Shown here: one piece after another, positions 41,803 through 52,274 of the stretch | How positions within the stretch are numbered: the stretch's first letter is position 1 | Layout: every line of letters starts with the position of its first letter | Source: Candidatus Bathyarchaeota archaeon | Lineage (GTDB): Archaea; Thermoproteota; Bathyarchaeia; Bathyarchaeales; Bathycorpusculaceae | Assembly (NCBI GenBank): GCA_963806535.1 | Contig: CAWDYC010000009.1 | Location: 64,001-128,000 of the forward strand | Length of the DNA stretch: 64,000 nt | Direction of reading: 5' to 3' | The notes under the pieces: generated by a model | Databases searched by the model: none | Told to the model about the DNA's origin: nothing | What the model saw: only the letters and a program-made list of their open reading frames with translations | Program-made: the position numbers and the translations under genes

Positions 41803-43068
41803 TTGGTCAGATTGCAGGTCGGATTTTTAGGGGGAGCAAGAGAAGTTGGCAGAATTGGTATAACTGTTAAGTCTCAAAAAAGTAAGGTTGTGTTAGATTA
41901 CGGTGTCATGCTTGATCATGAACCCGGTTTCCCAATGCATGTACCCCCCAAAGAGTTAGATGCAGTTATTTTAACTCATAGTCATCTTGACCATTCGGGA
42001 GCAATACCGATTTTTTACATAAATGACAAAAAACCATTAATCACAAATAAACTTAATTTGGAATTAACACAGGTTCTAATTCAGGATTTTATTCATTTGT
42101 CAAGTTACTATTTGCCTTTTGAATATCTTGAGCTCAATACAATGATGCATAACAGCAGGCATATAGATTTTGGCGTAGAAGAAACCGTCGGCGACATGAA
42201 AGTTAAACTGTTTGACGCAGGTCACACCCCTGGAAGCGCTCAGGTGCAAGTTGAGGCTGATGGTAAAAAGATACTCTTCACCGGCGACTACAATATGGAA
42301 GACAGCAAAATGTTGAAGGGTGCAACAATGGATTACGGCGATTTCGATGCTGTTGTCACTGAGAGCACTTATGCGAGTGAAGATCATACCTTGCGGCCTG
42401 AACTTGAGAAAAGTTTTGTTGAAGCAGCAACCGAAGTGGTTGAGCGAGGCGGCACTGTTTTGGTTCCAGCATTCGGCGTGGGGCGCGCACAAGAGATTGC
42501 TTGTGTTTTGTCAGCTCATCATTTTGAGTATCCCATAGTTTTGGATGGCATGGCTCGGGAAGCTAGCAGAATAATGATGAATTACAAAGAATTCTTGAGA
42601 GATCCCAAACTTTTTATGAATGCTATGCACTCGCTGGACTGGGTTGATGGTTGGAGAGATCGACGCAGAGCAGCAAAAGATCCAGGAGTAGTCATTTCGC
42701 CTGCAGGAATGTTAAAGGGTGGTCCATCACAGTTTTACGTTTCAAAAATAGCTAAGAAAGCAACTAACGCGATTTTTCTTGTTAGTTATCAGATTCCTGG
42801 TACACCTGGCAAACAGTTGATGGATACAGGTGTTACTTTAGTTGATGGAAAAGTGCGTAAAGTTAAGGCGCAATATCGACATTTCGATTTCTCTTCTCAC
42901 TGTGGAGAAAGCCAACTTAAAGAGGGGTTAAGGCGGCTTGGAGGGAAACCCAAAGTCTTCTGTGTTCATGGTGCAGAAGGAAACTGTGAATTGTTTGCGA
43001 ATTGGGCAAAAACGGAACTTGGTTTGGATGCGGTGGCGCCTCGAACTGGAGAAACCTACGAAATATAG
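41803..43068 (+). CDS. MBL/beta-CASP ribonuclease (aCPSF2-like)
   Basis: LGGAREVG, THSHLDH, AGHTPGSA, TGD, ESTY, GRAQE, FSSH, VHG. Confidence 0.92.
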   Translation: MVRLQVGFLGGAREVGRIGITVKSQKSKVVLDYGVMLDHEPGFPMHVPPKELDAVILTHSHLDHSGAIPIFYINDKKPLITNKLNLELTQVLIQDFIHLSSYYLPFEYLELNTMMHNSRHIDFGVEETVGDMKVKLFDAGHTPGSAQVQVEADGKKILFTGDYNMEDSKMLKGATMDYGDFDAVVTESTYASEDHTLRPELEKSFVEAATEVVERGGTVLVPAFGVGRAQEIACVLSAHHFEYPIVLDGMAREASRIMMNYKEFLRDPKLFMNAMHSLDWVDGWRDRRRAAKDPGVVISPAGMLKGGPSQFYVSKIAKKATNAIFLVSYQIPGTPGKQLMDTGVTLVDGKVRKVKAQYRHFDFSSHCGESQLKEGLRRLGGKPKVFCVHGAEGNCELFANWAKTELGLDAVAPRTGETYEI

Positions 43069-43097
43069 GTTAGCTATAGCAATTTAAGGTAAGCGAC

Positions 43098-43970
43098 GTG
43101 ACTGAGCAAGAGAAAGAGGATAATTTCAAGTTTCAAATTGTCTATTTGGTTCCTATACTGGCAAGCTTAATTTTCGGTTTAGGATGCGCTTATTTAATTG
43201 CGCCCCACCAAGCTGAGCTTGTTCCTCAATCAACTCCTTTTACCACAGACACGCCAGGAGCGCCTTTTGCTAATGGCCTATATTTTGTCATCCTTCTTGC
43301 AATAAGCGCAAGCATATTTTATATTCTACTTAAGCGAAAAAGCAAAAGAATAATCAAAGCTTTAATCGTAGTTGCAATGTCAACTGCCTCGCTTTTGTTG
43401 TCCTTGGTCTACTTGTTGGCACTATTCTCTAATTTTCCAGCATGGACTATTTACATAGTAATAGCGTTGTCGCTAGTTCTGACGTCATTGTTTGATCTAG
43501 CCATCTTTAGATTTGGCGGAATAGCAAGGAATGCCGCAGTAGTTTGCATTGGAGGTGCTTTAGGTATTTTCTTTGGCAGTTCAATTCTTCAGTTCGGAGG
43601 TTTGTATAGTGTTATTTTAATTTTGGCGTTTTTAGCTGCGTATGACGTTTTTGCAGTCTATAGAGGTCCAGTTGGAAAAATTGCTCAGTCGTCAGGGCTT
43701 GACGAACTTCAAGGTTTAAGCTTTTCATTCAAAGAAATTCAGATGGGACTTGGCGATTTAGTCTTCTATTCAATGCTAATAGGTGTCATATTCTTTAATT
43801 TCACAAGCATACTGCCAACCGTAGTTGCGATCATCGGCATCTTAGCAGGCTCAATCATAACCTTTTTCATGCTTGAGCGAAAAGGCATCTTTCCAGGATT
43901 ACCTTTTCCAATTTTGCTGGGTTTGGCAGGCGGGTTAATTACCGGCTTTCTTATAATTCCCATGCTTTAA
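43098..43970 (+). CDS. presenilin-like GxGD intramembrane aspartyl protease
   Basis: Multi-TM protein with YD, GLGD and PGL motifs. Confidence 0.85.
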   Translation: MTEQEKEDNFKFQIVYLVPILASLIFGLGCAYLIAPHQAELVPQSTPFTTDTPGAPFANGLYFVILLAISASIFYILLKRKSKRIIKALIVVAMSTASLLLSLVYLLALFSNFPAWTIYIVIALSLVLTSLFDLAIFRFGGIARNAAVVCIGGALGIFFGSSILQFGGLYSVILILAFLAAYDVFAVYRGPVGKIAQSSGLDELQGLSFSFKEIQMGLGDLVFYSMLIGVIFFNFTSILPTVVAIIGILAGSIITFFMLERKGIFPGLPFPILLGLAGGLITGFLIIPML

Positions 43971-44070
43971 TTTTGCTGCAGTCTCTTTTTGTTATATTTG
44001 AAGTTGTTGAGCAGATTTTTTCTCTGTGTTTTGGGTTGCTTTTTTGATTTAGGCTTTGAATTAGTTGCAG

Positions 44071-44140
44071 GTTGCGTCTAGATTCGTCCCAATTCGTCGT
44101 GAAAAGTCCCATTTCGTCTCAAAAAGTCTAAAAAAGTCCA
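44071..44140 (+). repeat. seven degenerate 10-bp tandem units with invariant GTC
   Basis: gttgcGTCta gattcGTCcc aattcGTCgt gaaaaGTCcc atttcGTCtc aaaaaGTCta aaaaaGTCca. Confidence 0.75.
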
Positions 44141-44240
44141 GAAAACCGTTAATTTGAATCCAAAACTAAATGCATAAAAATTGAATTCTCGTTAAGAAAA
44201 AATTTTAAGGTCGATTGAGTTTATAGAAGCGGTGTTATAA

Positions 44241-45074
44241 ACGGAGAAATCAACGGTCGCAATTGTTAAAGGCGAAAGAGGGCACGAACCAGTTTTCAAA
44301 GCGCTCAACTTCATCGATTACAAATCTTGCCTATCTGGTTACAAAAAAGCCCTCATAAAAGTCAATTTTATAACCACTAAAACATGGGATTCTGGTGCAA
44401 CAACAGACCCCATCGTTGTTGAAGCCATAATAAAAAAGCTCAAAGAGCTGCCTCTTGAAATCTTTGTTGTAGAATCGGACGCTACCATGACTAACGCTGA
44501 CAAAGCCTTCGAGGTCACAGGCATGAAAGAAATGTGTCAACAAAATGGCATAGAATTCCTAAATCTACGATATCAACAAGAGAAAGTCAAGATTCCTATT
44601 CCAGGCTGCGAAACTTTAAGCAGCATCACAGTACCAAAAATAGTGACAGAATCAGCCATAATTAGTGCAGCAAAACTCAAAACTCATATGGCAACCAAAG
44701 TCACTTTGGGAATGAAAAACATGTTTGGTCTTATGCCCGACAAGTTTAAGGCAAAATATCATGCTAAAGGCATAAGCAGTGTCGTAGTTGACATCAACTC
44801 GGTAATCAAACCTACTTTAACTGTTATTGATGGGTTTGTTGCTATGGAAGGCAGAGGACCAACCGACGGCACACCAGTCAAAATGGATTTGATAATTGCA
44901 GGAAAAGATGTAGTCGCCACAGACGCAACCGCAGCCAGAATCATGGGATTTGACCCTAAAGAAATCAGTCACATTCGACGAGCGGGCGAGAAAGGCTTAG
45001 GAAACATTGATAATATAGAAATCGTGGGTTCAAAACTGGAAGACGTAAGAAAAGTGTTTAAGAGAAGCAGATAA
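44241..45074 (+). CDS. DUF362 domain protein (start codon unclear)
   Basis: The frame is open from 44241 (STVAIVK, LIKVNF, ATTDP), then KLKTH, VTLGMKN, DGFVAMEGRGP, D.VA.D. Confidence 0.85.
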   Translation, partial: TEKSTVAIVKGERGHEPVFKALNFIDYKSCLSGYKKALIKVNFITTKTWDSGATTDPIVVEAIIKKLKELPLEIFVVESDATMTNADKAFEVTGMKEMCQQNGIEFLNLRYQQEKVKIPIPGCETLSSITVPKIVTESAIISAAKLKTHMATKVTLGMKNMFGLMPDKFKAKYHAKGISSVVVDINSVIKPTLTVIDGFVAMEGRGPTDGTPVKMDLIIAGKDVVATDATAARIMGFDPKEISHIRRAGEKGLGNIDNIEIVGSKLEDVRKVFKRSR

Positions 45075-45214
45075 TTGCTAAGTTTCAACATTTTCAGCGC
45101 CAATTTCTTATGAAGACGTTAGTGCCAAAGTTGGTTCAAAGTCAGAACGGAGTAGGGTTTTGGAGTAGTAAAGAAATAAATCATTAAGTTACCATTCTTA
45201 TTTGTGGTGTTTTC

Positions 45215-45385
45215 ATGGTTGTTGATGTTGTTTGCGGCATGGAAATGAACGAGAAAACAACAAAATGGAAAACTGAGTATAAAGGCAAAACATATTATTT
45301 CTGTGGACCAATGTGCAAACTGGAATTCGATGAAAATCCACTGAAGTATTTGCCAACGGATAGCGAAACAAAAATGGACAAATGA
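45215..45385 (+). CDS. YHS/TRASH metal-binding protein, 56 aa (not in the ORF track)
   Basis: DVVCGM...EYKGKTYYFCGPMC..EFDENPLKY. Confidence 0.85.
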   Translation: MVVDVVCGMEMNEKTTKWKTEYKGKTYYFCGPMCKLEFDENPLKYLPTDSETKMDK

Positions 45386-45469
45386 TTAGAAAAACGTATT
45401 TTGTTATTGTTTTTACACAATCACAAGTCCTTAATACGTACATTTTTGTTTAATTTCTCTTGTGATTTT

Positions 45470-46006
45470 ATGTCAGCAAGTTCATCTCTCAAATTAGCCA
45501 TGCGTAGACTATGGATGGACCACACTGTATACACTCGACTATATATCGTCTCAGCGATCGCTCAAATTCCGGATGCACAAACAGTTGCAGGCAGGTTGCT
45601 TAGGAACCAAGAAGACATTGGAAACGCTATTGTTCCCTATTATGGACAGGATGCAGGCAAGAAACTTACAGAATTGTTAAAACAGCACATCATGATAGCT
45701 ACTGAAGTTGTCGCGGCTGCGATGTCTGGCGATCAAAAGATATTCGCTGAAAGCGACAAAAAATGGGTTGCAAATGCGGATGATATTGCAGCTTTTTTGA
45801 GTTCAGCTAATCCAAACTGGCCAAAGAAGGATGTCGCTGATCTTCTGCATCTCCACCTGCAACTGATCAGAGAATTCGTCACAGCCAGACTAGCCAAAAA
45901 TTATGTCGAAGACATCAAAAAACTCGATGAATACTTTACCGAAGGCATGCTGATTGCAGATACTCTTTCCGAAGGCGTAATCAAACAATTCCCCAACAAA
46001 TTCTAA
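45470..46006 (+). CDS. conserved helical protein with repeated His motifs, function unknown
   Basis: MRRLWMDH..YTR, RLLRNQEDIG, LLKQHI, W..NADDIA.FL..ANP.W. Confidence 0.7.
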   Translation: MSASSSLKLAMRRLWMDHTVYTRLYIVSAIAQIPDAQTVAGRLLRNQEDIGNAIVPYYGQDAGKKLTELLKQHIMIATEVVAAAMSGDQKIFAESDKKWVANADDIAAFLSSANPNWPKKDVADLLHLHLQLIREFVTARLAKNYVEDIKKLDEYFTEGMLIADTLSEGVIKQFPNKF

Positions 46007-46021
46007 AGAAGATTACGGCCT

Positions 46022-46573
46022 TTGTCCCTTTTTTCTGTAACTTATCCTTTTGAACTTGGGCAAAAAGCACCCTCCTTTGAAAACCTCCAAGGTATAGATG
46101 GCAAACAATATTCGTCCTCATCGTTCAATGACAAAAAGATTGTTGTTCTAATTTTCATTGCTAATCGCTGTCCAACTGCTCGAGTTTACACTGACCGATT
46201 AAAATCGATCCAGAAAGAATATGGAAACCGAGGAGTACAACTTGTTGCTATAAACTCCGATAATCAATTCTTTGTTCCATTGGAGAAACTCTCCAACATG
46301 ATAGAAGTAGCGGTAGAAAGAGAATATAATTTTCCATACCTAAAGGATGCAGATCAAAGTGTAGCCAAGAAGTTTGGTGCATTAGTTACCCTTCACGCGT
46401 TTGTGCTTGATAACGAACGGCGACTTAGATACAGAGGAAGAATTGATGATTCACGCGACCCCAGTAGGGTAACAACCCCCGACCTTCAAAATGCTTTAGA
46501 TGACTTGCTTGAGGGCAGAGAGGTAAGAACTCCAGAAACAAGGCCATTCGCGTGTTCGATTGAATACTTCTAA
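46022..46573 (+). CDS. thioredoxin-fold peroxiredoxin-like protein
   Basis: GQKAPSF, NRCP, FPYLKD..Q, YRGRIDD, CSI. Confidence 0.85.
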   Translation: MSLFSVTYPFELGQKAPSFENLQGIDGKQYSSSSFNDKKIVVLIFIANRCPTARVYTDRLKSIQKEYGNRGVQLVAINSDNQFFVPLEKLSNMIEVAVEREYNFPYLKDADQSVAKKFGALVTLHAFVLDNERRLRYRGRIDDSRDPSRVTTPDLQNALDDLLEGREVRTPETRPFACSIEYF

Positions 46574-46648
46574 GAATCGAAATGTCGTCTAAAGCCCCAT
46601 TAATAATAGGCTTGCTCAAAATGAGATATCTCATCTAAAGGTGATTAA

Positions 46649-47392
46649 ATGAATACTCTGCCAATTTTTCTTTCGGCAATTATCGCATTTTCAGCAACTC
46701 TATCCTCAGGAATATTTGTTAAGAAATATGAAAAACACATCGGAGTTGTTTGCGCTCTCTCGGCTGGTTTCTTTATCGGGATTTCACTTCTTAACCTCAT
46801 ACCTGAAATATTTGCGCTGTCACCTCAAGCCGTCGCATTCTATTTTGAGCCCCTGTTAACAGGCATGGCAGGATTCTTTTTTCTTTTAGTTTTAGATCGT
46901 GGCTTTTTCAAAACAGGTCATACAAATCATAAAGATTTGAAAAGAAACATTCGACCCACAATTGGAGTAATGTCTACTTTGGAATTTTGTTCCCATGGTT
47001 TTTTAGAAGGGCTTGCGATTGGCGTAAGCTTCCAGTTTCAATTTAGTTTAGGTTTAGTAGTGGCTGTGGCTGTAATTTCTCATGACTTTTGTGATGGTTT
47101 AAGCACATTAGCGCTTATGCTAAATTCAGGTAACTCTTTGAAATCGTCGATGAGTCTTTTATTGGTCGATGCGATTGCGCCAGTTCTTGGGGTTGCCACA
47201 TCTTTATTTTTCATCGTCCAGAATTATTTCTTAATATTTGTTTTCTCTTTTTTGGCCGGCAGCTTCCTTTACATTGGAGGAGGCAAACTCTTTCCTGATG
47301 CCTATCGAATGAACAAGCCATTTAACACTATAATTCTTTTTCTGCTCGGTTTCACTTTAGTTTTTTTACTATCAAGAATTGCGAATCTCTAA
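46649..47392 (+). CDS. ZIP family metal transporter
   Basis: LIPE, HGFLEGLAIG, HDFCDG, AGSFLY. Confidence 0.88.
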   Translation: MNTLPIFLSAIIAFSATLSSGIFVKKYEKHIGVVCALSAGFFIGISLLNLIPEIFALSPQAVAFYFEPLLTGMAGFFFLLVLDRGFFKTGHTNHKDLKRNIRPTIGVMSTLEFCSHGFLEGLAIGVSFQFQFSLGLVVAVAVISHDFCDGLSTLALMLNSGNSLKSSMSLLLVDAIAPVLGVATSLFFIVQNYFLIFVFSFLAGSFLYIGGGKLFPDAYRMNKPFNTIILFLLGFTLVFLLSRIANL

Positions 47393-47457
47393 AATTTCAA
47401 TTTAATTTAAGAATTCTAGTTCGTAAAAAGAAGAAAGAAAATTGGCCTTTTTCATGC

Positions 47458-47733
47458 TTAAGCTACTGCAGTCAAGAAAACAGTGTTTTTCCTTGTTTTG
47501 GTCGATGGAACAACAGTTGCGCCATATCTGGATCCAGGCCTGCTGGCTTCTCTGTGGCTTTTGCGGCATTGTACACCCATTGTCTTTTTGTCTTTCGAGA
47601 CCCAAACTACACAGCCGATGGTTCTGCATTCAGGACACATTCTGTGGTCACCGACATTAACAATCGGTTGAATTAGTTTATTTTCACTTTGAGCCGACGC
47701 TCCGCTCTTGATGTACAAAGTTTTTAACCCCAT
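47458..47733 (-). CDS. small zinc-ribbon-like protein
   Basis: CPEC...VVWVS...VQC..SH. Confidence 0.6.
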   Translation of the reverse strand: MGLKTLYIKSGASAQSENKLIQPIVNVGDHRMCPECRTIGCVVWVSKDKKTMGVQCRKSHREASRPGSRYGATVVPSTKTRKNTVFLTAVA

Positions 47734-47867
47734 TTTTTTCTTCGAAAAGAATCAGTGACTCAATAGGGTCAGCCCAGAGAACAAAAGAAGCTCTTCGCTT
47801 ACAAGAAAGTGAGACCTCGCTTATAAACCAAGCAAAAATAAATTACACTCCGTGCGGTTTTTCCAAG

Positions 47868-49283
47868 TTAGTTTTCGTGTTCGGTTCGGTTTTCTTTTCC
47901 ACGGGTTGCCGAAAGAACAGCTGCCACTATTAAGATGGCTATGGAAGCGTAGAGTGCAGATTGTATGCCTGTGATGAAAGATGAGCTTAAGCCGCCTGAA
48001 AGTTTCACTGTACTTATGAATACTTGGAAAGCTAGTTGCCGTGGAATCGAAGCCGAAGCAACGGTTATTGCAACTACGAAGCTTCCCATAATACCGACAT
48101 TCTGCAACGTTCTAAGCAAACCGGAGATGCTGCCGTAGTTGCCTTGTCTTGCTTTTGCCATGACGGCTGAGTTGTTGGCAGGGAAAAACATGGCTGTGCC
48201 AAAACCCGATACAGCCGATGCAATAATAATTATGTAGACTGATGAGTTTTGGCTGATTGCCGTGAAGATTAATGTTGCTGCGGCTAGACACATGATGCCT
48301 AAGGTGGCTATTGTTCGGGCGCCTATCTTGTCTGAATGCCTGCCCATTACAGGGGCAAAGAAGCTTCCAATAACATAGCCAGGTATCAGAAGAAGAGATG
48401 CATTTAGAGGCGAAAAGCCTCGGACACCTTGAAGATACATTATTATTAGAAATACAACGGAGATGTACCCGACGCTAACGAAGAACGTGGCTAAGCAGGA
48501 GTTCCTTAAGACTCTGTCTTTGAAGGCTGAGAAGTCAACCATTGGTGTTTCCAAACGGTTTTCATATGCGATGAATATTGGAACCAGGAAGGCACCAAGA
48601 ATCAGCGAAATTGCGTTTGAAATTCCTATTCCTTGCGATGCTAAGGTGGTTGCGCCGTAAGAGATGAGAAGCAGGCTTGTTGCTAGGAGAACCATTCCGC
48701 CAATATCGAGTTTTGCTTTTACTTTGGGAGCGGGTTTAAGATATTTGAATCCAAGGATTAAGGCGATTGTGCCTATGGGGATGTTTATGAAGAAAATGAA
48801 TTGCCAGCCAACAAAGGTTGTGACTATTCCGCCTAAGACAATGCCGAGCATTGAGCCGATTGTCCAGCCTAGCGAGCTAAATCCGTAAGCTTTGCCACGG
48901 GCGTTCGGCGGGAAAGTGTCGGCTATTATGGCTCCGCTGTTGGACTGCATTAATGCGCCTCCCAATGCCTGCACTACTCGGGAGCCGATCAGAAAGTAAA
49001 TGTTTGGTGAAAAACCGCAGAGCGCAGAGCCGACTGTGAAGATGCCGAAGCCGGCGTTGAACATAGTGGTTCGTCCGTAGATGTCGCCTATTCGTCCAAG
49101 CTGGGTTGTGGTAACGGCGATTACCAGGAGGTAAGTTAGGATTATCCAGATGGTTGTGATGAAGTCTGAGCGTAAACCATCAGTTATCGCAGGAAAAGCG
49201 AGCAAAACGATGGTGCTGTCTAGGGCACCCATCAAAGTGCCGAGAACAACGATAACCAGAATGATGCTCTGACTTTTCACCAT
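47868..49283 (-). CDS. MFS transporter (DHA2, 14-TM type)
   Basis: LDSTIV, GRIGDIYGR, RVVQALGG. Confidence 0.92.
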   Translation of the reverse strand: MVKSQSIILVIVVLGTLMGALDSTIVLLAFPAITDGLRSDFITTIWIILTYLLVIAVTTTQLGRIGDIYGRTTMFNAGFGIFTVGSALCGFSPNIYFLIGSRVVQALGGALMQSNSGAIIADTFPPNARGKAYGFSSLGWTIGSMLGIVLGGIVTTFVGWQFIFFINIPIGTIALILGFKYLKPAPKVKAKLDIGGMVLLATSLLLISYGATTLASQGIGISNAISLILGAFLVPIFIAYENRLETPMVDFSAFKDRVLRNSCLATFFVSVGYISVVFLIIMYLQGVRGFSPLNASLLLIPGYVIGSFFAPVMGRHSDKIGARTIATLGIMCLAAATLIFTAISQNSSVYIIIIASAVSGFGTAMFFPANNSAVMAKARQGNYGSISGLLRTLQNVGIMGSFVVAITVASASIPRQLAFQVFISTVKLSGGLSSSFITGIQSALYASIAILIVAAVLSATRGKENRTEHEN

Positions 49284-49612
49284 AAGCTCCTACGGATGGA
49301 AAGAACGGCTTTTTATGGTTTTACCCATATTTGCAAAGCTTCGGCGTTTTACCTCTGAGTCAAACTTAAACCTCACGTTTTTCTGGAAATAAAAATTCTC
49401 CATCATCGACGATCAGTGTTACTTAATTGTAATTAAAAGAAGAACAAAGACAGCCATTTTGCTAGTGTTGTTCTTCTTTCAAATAATGTTGCGACAATGG
49501 GAATAATGCCTTAAATTAGCTTACAATTTCAAAACAGAAACAGATTTGAAAACTACAAGCTTCTTAATTTGCGGGAAAGGTTTATTTTGTTGCATCTCTG
49601 TATGATGTGAAA

Positions 49613-49672
49613 TTGCAGGCGGACAACATGTCCGTTGGGATGTGGTCCCTTCGGGGACTGAACCGTAAGCAA
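49613..49672 (+). promoter_or_regulatory. structured 5' leader of rpl15e (candidate r-leader)
   Basis: Hairpins GCGGACA-ACA-TGTCCGT and GGTCCC-TTCG-GGGACT, with a possible closing TTGC/GCAA pairing. Confidence 0.6.
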
Positions 49673-49701
49673 AGAATACATTCAGGAGGAAAAATGAAAA
49701 A

Positions 49702-50296
49702 ATGGCATATAAGTACATAGCGGAAGAATGGTCTGCCCCAGAAAAATCCTTCGTTGAAGAACTCATGCGCGAAAGATTAGTGCAATGGCGAAAACAGCCA
49801 TCGACAATGCGTATTGAACATCCAACAAGGCTTGACAGGGCAAGAAAACTAGGCTACAAAGCCAAACAAGGCTTCGTAATGGCCACGGACAAAAGTCCGA
49901 AGAGGCAACTTAAGAAAATTACGTCCACGATCAGGCAGACGACCCAAACGTATGGGAGTCGCCAAATTCAAACCTGGCAAAAGTCTAAAACTTATTGCTG
50001 AAGAACGTACAGCAAGACATTTTCCAAACATGGAAGTTTTAAACAGTTACTGGGTAGGCGAAGACGGAAAACACAAATGGTTTGAAGTCATACTGGTAGA
50101 TCCAAAGGCTCCAGGCATAAAAACAGACAAAGACATCAACTGGATAACTGAGAGACAACATACAAGCAGAGTCTTCAGAAGCATGACAAGTGCAGGCAAA
50201 AACGTCAGAGGCTTACATCATCGCGGAAGAGGCTCAGAAAAAGCAAGACCAAGCCATCAAAGAGGCGCAAGATATCCAGAAAAACAGAGATGGTAA
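49702..50296 (+). CDS. rpl15e: 50S ribosomal protein eL15 (frameshift near 49885)
   Basis: [17 protein letters not shown]; [30 protein letters not shown]. Confidence 0.95.
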
Positions 50297-50299
50297 AAT

Positions 50300-50572
50300 A
50301 TGCATCACATGAAAGCAGTAATAACTAAACAAAACGGCAAACAAAGCATCGGAAGAGGATTCAGCCTAAACGAACTTAAAGAAGCAGGCTTAAACAAGCA
50401 AGACGCCAAAAAAATCGGCATACCACTCGACATCAAACGCAAATCGTTACATGATGAAAACGTCGCATGCATAAAAGCACATGCAGAAAAAGCCAAAGCA
50501 GAAGCAGCCGCAAAACCAAAACCAGAAACACCCGTAGCCGAAACTAAGCCAAAGAAAAAAGCTAAAAGCTAG
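50300..50572 (+). CDS. rpl13e: ribosomal protein eL13 (archaeal short form)
   Basis: [14 protein letters not shown]...GIPLD.KRKS..ENV. Confidence 0.85.
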   Translation: MHHMKAVITKQNGKQSIGRGFSLNELKEAGLNKQDAKKIGIPLDIKRKSLHDENVACIKAHAEKAKAEAAAKPKPETPVAETKPKKKAKS

Positions 50573-50597
50573 AAGCCCAAAGACAAAACGGTAACCA

Positions 50598-51045
50598 ATG
50601 TCTTCTAAACCGCCAATAGGATACATAGATATTCGGGTCTTCGCACACGCAACTGAAGACACCGAAAAAGTCGAAACCGCCGTCAGAAACCTGCTGCCAA
50701 CCGAACTGGCAGAAACCCTTATTTTTCAAAAAACAAGTTTAACGGGGCATCATGGAAACCCCATTATTCTTTTTACAGCTCAATTAACAGATAAAAAAAC
50801 GCTTCCAGCAGCCCTCCAAAAAATTGGTTCAGGCTTAAATTCACTTGACAAAGAAGAATTATGCCGCGACTTGAAACTGCATTTGGAGAAGCGAAACTTG
50901 TACCTCAGATTTGATAAACAAGCTGCTTTTTTGGGAACCATAAAGTTTACGCAAAACGACCCTATCCACTTCAAAATCCATTTTAAAAATAAAACACCAG
51001 AAGAAATAACTGAGATTTGTACAAACTACTGGGTTGCTGCTATGA
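50598..51045 (+). CDS. predicted RNA-binding protein (DUF54-like); end affected by an indel
   Basis: HATED.EKV, GHHGNPI, YLRFDKQAA; usual neighbour of RNase P genes. Confidence 0.8.
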
Positions 51046-51777
51046 CACGAGTTTTCGCCGATTTGCATTTACGCGTTAACCCCAAAGACGAACAGGCAAC
51101 ACAGCAACTAATCAACCGTGCTGCACGTTTCGGCTACAGCCTAATTTCTATTCCATTCACTTCGCCATGCGCGAGGAAGAATTAGCCAAACTCAAAGCCA
51201 GTCTGCAAAGAGGCAGGCGTAGATTTTGTTTCACGCGCGGATTTTCATCCCAGAACAGAAAACGACTTAACCCATTTCCTGCGCAAATTCAGACGCCGAT
51301 TCGAAGTCATATGCATCACATGCGACACCAAAGAAGTGGCTAGGCAAGCGGCAAAAGACAGACGCGTTGACCTTCTAAGTTTTCCAAGTTTAGACTATCA
51401 TAAGCGGTTTTTTGACCGCGCAGAAGCCGAATTGGCAAGTGGCAGCTTAGCCGCCCTAGAAGTAGATGTTAAACCGCTTTTGGTTTTGGAGGGCCCATCA
51501 CGGGTTAGGATGCTTATGAGTTTGCGCCGTGAAGTTGCTGTTGCAAGGGAGTTTAAGGTGCCTGTTGTGGTTTCCAGCGGTGTTGGTGAGGAGAAATTTA
51601 TGCGGTTTCCAAGAGATATGGCAAGTCTAGCTTACACGTTTGGGTTGGATGAGGCTTCAGGTCTTGACGCTGTTTCAACTAATCCAACGGCAATTGTCAA
51701 GCGTAACCGCGAAAAACTTAGCAGCCGATTTGTGGCTCCAGGCATAAGCAATTGTAAAGGAGGGCAAGACTTCTTGA
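51042..51777 (+). CDS. rnp3: RNase P protein Rpp30 (frameshifted)
   Basis: FADLH, RQAAKDRRVDLL, ALEV, PVVVSSG, R.PRD. Confidence 0.85.
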
Positions 51778-52087
51778 AGCGGATTAAACGACGTTATTTA
51801 GCCCTCCAAATTGAATGCGAAACCTGCCATCTGAACGCGAATTTATCGATGCTGTTTGGGCTGCAGTTACCAAGCTTTACGGTGAGGTCGGGGCAAGTAC
51901 CACTGGTTTGAGCTTGATTAATTTTAATATGGAACGGAAAATTGCCGTTATCCGAACTTCACTGGTTGCATTGAGCATGGTGAAGGCTTCCATAGCTGCA
52001 ATTACGAGCATATCTGGTAAGGATGCGGTGGTTCATGTTTTAGCTGTTTCAGGTACACTTAAGGCTCTTTATTCTAACGTAAAATAG
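51774..52087 (+). CDS. rnp2: RNase P protein Pop5 (frameshift near 51815)
   Basis: KRRYLA, LYGEVG, VSGTLKAL. Confidence 0.85.
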
Positions 52088-52274
52088 CTTTGCTAGATTT
52101 ATGTGTAAAGTTTTGTTGTTCTTTTGACAAGACATCTTGACGCTTTGTATCATTATTTGATGGACAAACTTACAAAAGTGTTAGAGAAACGTTTATCAAC
52201 TGCATGATAAGCGTTAATTTTATCATTACATACATGCTCAGATAGGGCTATAAAACGACACAGAGAGAATAAAA

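Noticed and set aside
44071-44140. CRISPR array
   Set aside because: The units are 10 bp with no spacers, and there are no cas genes in the window.
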